Below are positions 56,336 through 64,000 of a stretch of 64,000 nt of DNA, in pieces (position 1 is the first letter of the stretch; each line of letters starts with the position of its first letter). The notes beneath the pieces were generated by a model. The model ran no database searches. It was not told the DNA's origin and worked only from the letters and a program-made list of their open reading frames with translations. Origin of the DNA: Octopus vulgaris (Eukaryota); the NCBI GenBank assembly GCA_951406725.2, contig OX597816.1, positions 78,244,001-78,308,000 of the forward strand. The letters are read 5' to 3'. The translations under genes were made by a program, and so were the position numbers.

Positions 56336-57729
56336 AAGTGAAGCTCCGATAATATTGCTAGAGATGAAAAAAGGCGCTCATTATTTGTTTGTTGTTTTTT
56401 CTGATTCTCATTTACCAAAACACTGTTGTAATCAATTCATGGCATTTCTTATTATCGTTATAAATAAACATTATGTAAAAGTAAAAGCAGACGATATCTA
56501 TTACACACTGAAATTGACATTGACAGGCAATTGACACGATTTCATTTTCATCTGTGACAATGACGGGAGCGATGAGAGAGCCCCTACGAGGCCACTCACC
56601 CGCCTAGAAATAATAGCCAAATATTCTATTTTCTCATAGTCTATAAAAAAATGAGAGCATATATTGGATGATGTAATCTTAAATAAATATTGTCTGAAGA
56701 TGGAAAATATTTGTAGGGTCTCCTCGATCACGACAGACTTGGAGCTCAATACCTCCAATAGTGTTGTTTATGACGATGATGTCGACGACAACAATTCTAA
56801 AAATTATGACGATGGTAATCATATTGGCCATAATAATTCAAACTTTGTTGACTGAATTTAATTTGTATAAATAAATAAAATAAACAAAAATTGTTTAAAA
56901 GGAAGGAACCGCGGTAACTTATATTGAATAAGCATTCATTATCATCATCATCGTCATTATTATTATTTGGTCCATTGTAATAACCTATTTAGTCCATTGT
57001 AATAACTTAATTTGCATATTATATTGTATTTCACTTGATATATTTTGTATTGAGTGATTTGATTTATTGTCAATGATGATGCACTCATAATAAATGTTTT
57101 AACCACCAGCTTATAATTCCTCGTAATTATTTCGATATTTAAGAAAAATCGTTTCTGCGCGAACTGAAGTGAAACATTCTACACTTAGAATAGATATATT
57201 TTAACAAAAATATCCTATAGATAAGAATCCATTGATTTTTTAGGTGTGATATAAGCCTTTTTTACAGTTCTAATACAACCACTTATTTCTTGGTTTATCC
57301 CAAATGTATGTGCGTCGCATCTCCAATGTGCATGGTTTTCTACAAAGCCATTATGCATGAAAATACCCAAACCAAATTAATTATTTAAGAACAAAGAATG
57401 GATTTCTATATATTACCAATAAATTTTATAAAAATTCAAAAAATAAGTTATAAAAAGGTATTTTTCAGATGGGCTGTAGTAATCTGCTTACCAACATGTC
57501 AAAGAAAAATTGAATGAAAATTGTAACAACAAAATTTATTGATTATTAAAGTAGATTTTAAGAAAGTACCATTAATGTAAAATAGAATTATAAAAATAAA
57601 AATATTTGTTCTATTCGTCATCAATAAAAACTAAGCATTTTTTTGAACAGTCTAAGCACATTCAAACATCTTTCCCCATAATACCCGCTGTAAATTCGAA
57701 TTTGTCTACTACTACGTCCGCGAAAGCAT

Positions 57730-57766
57730 TATAAATACAGCATCAGTCAGTCACCCTGCATCAGTT
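57730..57766 (+). promoter_or_regulatory. H1 core promoter: TATA box and initiator
   Basis: TATAAATA at 57730-57737 and TCAGTT at 57761-57766 (canonical ~30-bp spacing), about 30 nt before the ATG. Confidence 0.8.
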
Positions 57767-57795
57767 ATCTTTCATTCATCACTAACAAGTTAATC

Positions 57796-58368
57796 ATGCC
57801 GGACACTGAAGCTGCTGCTGAGACTGCTGCTGCCCCGCCAGCTACTCCAGCTAAGACGAAGAAAGCTGTAAAAGCGAAAGCTAGAACTACTAAAAGTCAT
57901 CCTAAATACAAGGAAATGATAGCCGAAGCAATAACTGCACTCCATGAACGAACGGGCAGTTCTCGCCAAGCTATAATCAAGTATATTAAAGCCAACTTCA
58001 ATCTCGGAGGTGGCGATAAAGTTATTGCTAACAACGTAAAGCAATCATTGAAGATGAGAATTTCCTCTGGCGATATTGTCCAGACAAAGGGTGTTGGAGC
58101 ATCGGGATCTTTCAAGTTGGTTGCTGCAGGTAAATCTAAGGCGAAAGCTACCAAGTCTAAAACCAAGAAAGCTAAGGTGAAGAAGCCTGCTGCTAAGACA
58201 GTAAAAAAGACACCCAAAAAATCTCCTAAACCTAAGAAAACTGTTAAAGCGAAGAAAGTTGTAAAGGCAAAGAAACCCGCCAAGAAAACTGCTAAGCCTA
58301 AAAAGGCCCCTGCCAAGAAGAAGGTTGCTAAAAAACCAGCCAGCAAACCAAAGAAGGCTAAGAAGTAA
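57796..58368 (+). CDS. H1: Linker histone H1, 190 aa, intronless
   Basis: Globular domain HPKYKEMIAEAI..GSSRQAIIKYI..QTKGVGASGSFKL; Lys/Ala/Pro-rich tail with TPKK and SPKP sites. Confidence 0.98.
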   Translation: MPDTEAAAETAAAPPATPAKTKKAVKAKARTTKSHPKYKEMIAEAITALHERTGSSRQAIIKYIKANFNLGGGDKVIANNVKQSLKMRISSGDIVQTKGVGASGSFKLVAAGKSKAKATKSKTKKAKVKKPAAKTVKKTPKKSPKPKKTVKAKKVVKAKKPAKKTAKPKKAPAKKKVAKKPASKPKKAKK

Positions 58369-58391
58369 ATTGTTCGCATTTTATTTCAAAC

Positions 58392-58407
58392 GGCCCTTTT
58401 AAGGGCC
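58392..58407 (+). terminator. Histone 3' stem-loop (SLBP site)
   Basis: CAAAC-GGCCCT-TTTA-AGGGCC-AACAA, 23 nt after the stop. A possible U7-binding element (TTGAGTTGG) lies just downstream. Confidence 0.95.
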
Positions 58408-60229
58408 AACAAAATTTTTGAGTTGGTCGCATTTCGATTATGAATGATATCTGACTTGGTCTAATGGCCGATTACCAAGTGTTTTGATCTTTGTCTCTAT
58501 TGTAATCTTGTAAATATTTTCCTTACGTGCTTTTGCTAATGGCATACTTACTCAAGTGTGTTCCACTCGATATTTTTTTCAACTTTCAGAATTTTCTATA
58601 CATTTCAATTGGTTGATTTTATATCAATTTGGAAAGAAAAATTAGGCGCGCAATCTACATTTCGAGAATTTCGCGCAATCTACACCATCTGAGGTATTAT
58701 AAAATTTTATAGGTACCCATTTTGGGTGCATATTTTACGCATCTTACCCGTGTTTTTGCATGTCCCTCAGCGCTCTAAATAATGAATAAGTTACTTATTG
58801 TAAGTCATTTGGCTAGTTTGAAATGCATTCCTGTGCAGGAGTTAGGCAACAAAGTGAAACCACGGAACGGATTACAATTTTTCCAGAACTCATTCGCTGC
58901 TATTTCCAGTGTTAGACATGACAAATTGAAAGTAAAATATACACTATCTGAAGGGCGTTTGTAGAAAATTTCATTAAATGTACGCTTTAAAATTATAGGG
59001 AAACAGTTAAGCCATGTGAATATTTCTTTAATTTTATGCCTGTTTTCCAACCAGCCCAGAGTGCCAAGCATCTTGCTCTCAAATTCTTCCGCCTCGTTTT
59101 TGAAAGAAATTTAGCTATGATTGTAATCTACACCATCTGAAAGGTATTTGCCAAGCGACCCACAAACATTTTAGGCATTCTGTGTTTACTTGGCAAGCAA
59201 TTTAGAATGATCAGTCATATCCACATTTGATTTTATTTATAGGGACTATTAAAATGGATCAGTTGCGAGTGAGACTCCTTGTTGGCTGACCGAAGCATTC
59301 AATTACTGCCATTGGCTTACAAGAAAAAAAGAACGGTGGAAGTGTGAAGGCGCGAAATACGAATTCGGAAACTAGTAGAAAGCTACATGCAACCATTTTG
59401 GCGCTTTTTCGTTGCGTCCATGGTTTCCGTGTTTTGAAGTGTGGGATATTAAAATTTAGAAAAAAACTCGGAGGTCAGTTTGAATAATAACAATGGTATT
59501 GATATTTGAATGAGGCTTACTTCCTGAGAATTATAATATGCAACAATCATGAAAATGTTTCATGTTTCGCAGATATATTTCCATGGACGTACTCTGGAGG
59601 CTGATCGATTGCTAACAGCTAGGCATAATTTGCATTTTCTAGTTATTTTTTAAAATGTATATTAGTATCAGCCGATTCTCTTGGTGTTTTTCTCTAAAAT
59701 AACCAGCCTTACGGAGCGATAAAGTATCCCCCGGTTTGATGTTTCTAGCTCGTTTTGTTTCGCTGTTATTTGCACAGCATTCAGTCAGCTCTTCGAGACT
59801 AAAAAACATAACGACCATAACTATCCTAATTTTCTATGTTTACTTAAAAAAAAATATGTCGGAGAGATTTGGCTTTCTAGAAGGCAGATCGACTACGTTG
59901 AGATTGCACTGCTGGTTGTTCTGGTGTGGTGGATCTACAATTATTTTCGGAAAGACTTAGTAGCCACTCGATCTTCCACAAACATCAAAAACTTTTTAAA
60001 ATAATTGAAACGTGACTAGGCAGTAAAGGCATTGCAGAATCCATACCGAACATTCTAAGTGCCGTGCTGGCAATTTTTGTTGATATTTGGGAGAATTTTA
60101 AGTTAGGCTCTTTTGTTCTGAGGCTCCTAATATACTAAGAATTTAAATCAACCATATAATGTAGCCTAACGGAACCAAATCCTTAAGTATCTGGACTTGT
60201 CGATAACCATTTCTTCCAGCCATTAGGGT

Positions 60230-62650
60230 TTGAGACGTTTGAAGGGGCAAGGACCGTTTTTGGGTATGGAGATTCCGATTCTAAAAGAAAATTGGCAAAA
60301 ATAGCAACTTCAAAATTCCACCCCATTTCTTCATTTTTCACTTTTTCCAAATTTTTTTTTGGCGAAATACGGAGATCAACTTTAAAAATTACCTAAACCC
60401 TCTCCTCTCCCGATTCTACGGCCAGGCTATCCACATCTCACAATCTTTTTGGCACATACGTACATACCGTTTCGAATGCCTTTTATTGTGTATTCCCTAC
60501 ACCAGTGTACCCTTGTGTTTTCCTTTTAACTTTCAGAAAAATTGATATTTTTAAATAAAATTTTCGGTCAATATAAAGATCCTCACTCGGGAACCAAAAA
60601 AAAAAAAAATTAACCAGCCGGGGGTGTGGAAAACTAAAATGAAAAATGCGCGCTGACGTCCCTGGGGGTGGAAAGGGGACTTTCGTAAAATTCACAAGAT
60701 CCGATTTTTCAGTCATATCTTCCGGTGAAATGGATATATATTGATCTTTTTTGCGGATTCCCACGTTTTTGGTTATGGAGGATCCGATTCTGAAAAAAAT
60801 TGGTTTGTAAAGTTTCAATTTTTCAAAACTCACACATACACATTTATACCCTCAGGCCTTTTACTAGAACGTATACAGACAACAAGCGTTCATATTCACA
60901 TTTAGACAGCGGGATGACTGGGGGGATTTTGGGTAGGAGTTTTTCATAAAAAGGGGCGATCTTTCGTCTCCAGTAGACCTTTCCGTCGATTTCCGTAAAA
61001 AAATTTTTTTTTTACATATGGGCTTGTGGGAACTTTTGAAGTAATATACATACATATACACATACACCGAGTAAAAAATTTCAGTTATCTCTCTCTTTCA
61101 CACATTACTCTGTCTCTTCACACACACTAACAGAAGCACTTCACTTACACAACATACTGTCTCCCACACCCCATCAAAACACACACACATGTACATCAAT
61201 GCTTCCCATGCACGGTAACTTCAAAAGAATTTCCCTCGTCATACAATCGCTTTCTCTTAGTCTCTTTCGCTCTCATTACTTCAAAAGTTCCCGCAAGCCC
61301 ATATGTAAAAAAAAAAAAAATTTTTTTACGGAAATCGACGGAAAGGTCTACTAGAGATGAAAGATTGCCAAAAAGTCCACTAATTTCACATGAATATTTT
61401 GTCATTGCGAGAAATTACTCTGAAAGAAAGGTGAGTAGATTGATTGCATTATGTTATCGAAGTTTTGTGAGATTTGGCTGTTATTTTTAGCATGTGGATG
61501 GCCTGCTTGAAGGCCTGAGGGTATATATATTTTCTTTTTGAAAAATTGAAATTTTACAAGCCAATTTTTTTTCAGAATCATAATCTTCGTATTTTTCTAC
61601 GTATTTAGCAAAAGAAAACAAACAAAAAAAAAAACATTCTGGGAAAAGTGAAAAATCGGGAAGGAGGGGAAAGGAAATTTTGAAAATGCGATTTTTTAAA
61701 AACTTTCTTTTCAGAATCGGATCCTCTATAACCAAAAAACGTGGGATTTCGTAAAAAAAAGATCAATATATATCCATTTTACCGGAAGTTATGACGGAAA
61801 AGTCGGATCTTGTGAATTTTCCGAAAGTGCGCATTTTTTTTCATATCCGTTTTCCACATACTTCTTAACACCTCCCGGACTGGTAAATTTTTTTCCGGGT
61901 GAGGATCTTTATATTGACCAAATTTTCGACATATACGTTTCAAAAGGTGTAGTTGCTGATTATGTCGCAATTTGGGGGGAAAAAGTATTTTTTCGGGGTG
62001 GGGAAGAGTTTCGAAAAATTCCCATATTGGCAGGCTTTGTTTCTTCGTATAATTTTCGGTAAATTTATAGTTTTACACCAGACCCAATATCGGTACTAAA
62101 TAATTTTTCCCGCGTTTTTTCTTTTTTTGGTGCAATCGTCTTAGTTGATCTCGTAAGCTGTTGGAAAAGTAAGATTTAAAGGAATGGGTGAAAAGGCCAG
62201 GTATTTATTTATCTCTGCTACAGAAAACAAACAATTGCATGAATTTCTTATTGAGGCAGCAAAATTACATACACCCCTCCCGGATCGCCAGTAAGGAATC
62301 AATCCCAGCACAAATCCGGAGACAAGATATACAGGACTGCCCTAGGTTCTGCCTCACCCCATCCCCTCCGTTTTCCACAGACAAAATGCATTCCCCACAC
62401 TTCAATTAAGACGATTGCAATGAAAAAAAAAAAACGCAGGAGCCTGGGTTGGGAAGGGGAATTTTCGAGGTTCTGCCCCCACCCCTTCCGTTTTTTGTGG
62501 GAATAATGCATTTCCGACTGCTTATGAGGTGAAGTAAAACGATTGCACCCCGCAAAAAAAAAAAAAAAACTGGGGAAAAAATTATCTCTACCGAAATCGA
62601 GTCTGGTGTGAAACTAAATTTACCAAATTTTCTACATATATGCTTCAGAT
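60230..62650. repeat. Cluster of nested foldback/MITE-like inverted repeats
   Basis: ~60560-60860 inverts to ~61510-61920; 60960-61045 inverts to 61276-61363; ~62050-62167 inverts to ~62510-62630. Confidence 0.75.
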
Positions 62651-62949
62651 AGTGAGTGTATGTTTTCATTATGTAGGAATTTGTTGGGTGAAATAAAAAA
62701 CTGGTAAAATAATGAAAGAAATATGTAATCAATCTACTGTCTATACACACACATGCATGCATATATATATATATATAAACATATACAAAACAATCATGTT
62801 CATCATTGCCTTGTCATCATCAACTCTGAGTGGTTATTTTTGTTATATTCTGGAACATTTTCACAAAAATTATAAACATCATCGTCATCTAACATACATG
62901 TTCCTTGCTGGCATGGGGTGGACAGTTTGAAAGGATCCAATATATCCAA

Positions 62950-63360
62950 GGACTGTAGCTGTGGTAAGAAGCTTGCTTCCCAACTACATGGTTCCAAGTT
63001 CAGTCCCACTGCGTGGTGGCACCTTGGGCAAGTGTTTTCTACTATAGCTTTAAGCTGACCAAAGCCTTGATAGTGGATTTGGTAGACAAGCCTGTTGTAT
63101 ATATATGTAAACACACCAATACCGGTTGTCAAGTGGTGATGCAGGGACAGACACAAAGACACAGTCAGATACATACAGACACATATATATGTGTGTGTGT
63201 GTATCTGTCTGTACCTGCATCACCACTTGATAACCAGTATTGGTGTGTTTTTACATCCATGTAACTTAGGCTTAAAAAATAAGTCTTGGGGGCGATTTGT
63301 TGACTAAAATCCTTCGAGGTGGTGCTTTAGTATGGCCACAGTCAAATGGCTGAAACAAAA
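62950..63360 (+). mobile_element. Degraded, rearranged bipartite SINE (38565 family)
   Basis: GCTGTGGTAAGAAG..CAGTCCCACTGCGTGG..CCTTGGGCAAGTG; internal segment 63105-63180 is inverted relative to 63190-63260. Confidence 0.7.
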
Positions 63361-64000
63361 GAATAAAAAAAAAAGTGTGCATGGTGATCCTTTAGAGATG
63401 GTACCACCAATCTGAAACTAAAACTTGTGCTATTTTACCCATTTGGCAATCTCTGTAAAATTTATTTTCAGCTATACATACATAAATATGCACACACATA
63501 CTTTTTTGTAATACTGTAGTGTTTGAAGCTGTTGAATTTGTTCCAATTTATACTAAATCATTCGTTTGGAGCTGAAGTCATTCTGTTTATTTTTTGCATT
63601 TGTTTCATAATGCTTAATGAAATAGTTTAAAAATTTTTTCGAACGAAGAATGCTGAAGGATACATTTCTGTTAGCATATTTTTACAAAACAAATTATCAA
63701 AGTGTTTCTACTCTCTTGATACAACTGTCTCTACTTATTCTGTTTATCTTTGTATGTGAAAGTTCATTCTTAATGCTCGACTAATTTTATCTTGCATATA
63801 ATGAAATACAAAGTGTTTCACATAGATTATGCTAGCAAAAGGAAAATAAAACTGGGAGTGAGTGACAGAGATGCTAAATGCAGGCAAACTGTGATATGTT
63901 TTGCTCTGAAGTGGTTGGTATTTTTAATCAAAATGAAACTCAATTTTATTGTAAAATATATTTATTTTATCAAATAAACAATAGTTGTGAGTGTCACTGT

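Noticed and set aside
57790-58379. Minus-strand ORFs 57897-58379 (hydrophobic) and 57790-58044
   Set aside because: These are antisense shadows of the Lys/Ala-rich H1 CDS.
58805-59071. 88-aa minus-strand ORF near H1
   Set aside because: No recognisable domain; more likely UTR or promoter sequence.

Overview
AT-rich, repeat-dense animal DNA. The SINE/LINE families suggest an octopod cephalopod (inference). Two host genes are supported. (1) An intronless histone H1 gene (57796-58368, +) with TATA box, initiator and a perfect 3' histone stem-loop, with no core-histone genes beside it. (2) A divergent TNF-superfamily ligand on the minus strand, absent from the ORF track. I rebuilt it from three phase-compatible GT-AG exons (52249-52381, 42571-42666, 41122-41311); its N-terminal/transmembrane exons were not resolved. 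A 59-bp inverted copy of H1 coding sequence sits about 1.5 kb upstream of H1. The rest is mostly transposon debris: RTE LINEs whose 3' UTRs carry ~61-bp tandem arrays, CR1, Tx1, RLE-type LINE, Penelope with hammerhead cores, Gypsy, mariner/Tc1, a Sailor-type (DD81E) transposase, tRNA-derived SINEs, MITEs and microsatellites. Long palindromes are unusually frequent, including a 134/135-bp hairpin at 55295-55571. All family assignments come from motif recognition by eye; no searches were run, and boundaries of degenerate repeats are approximate.
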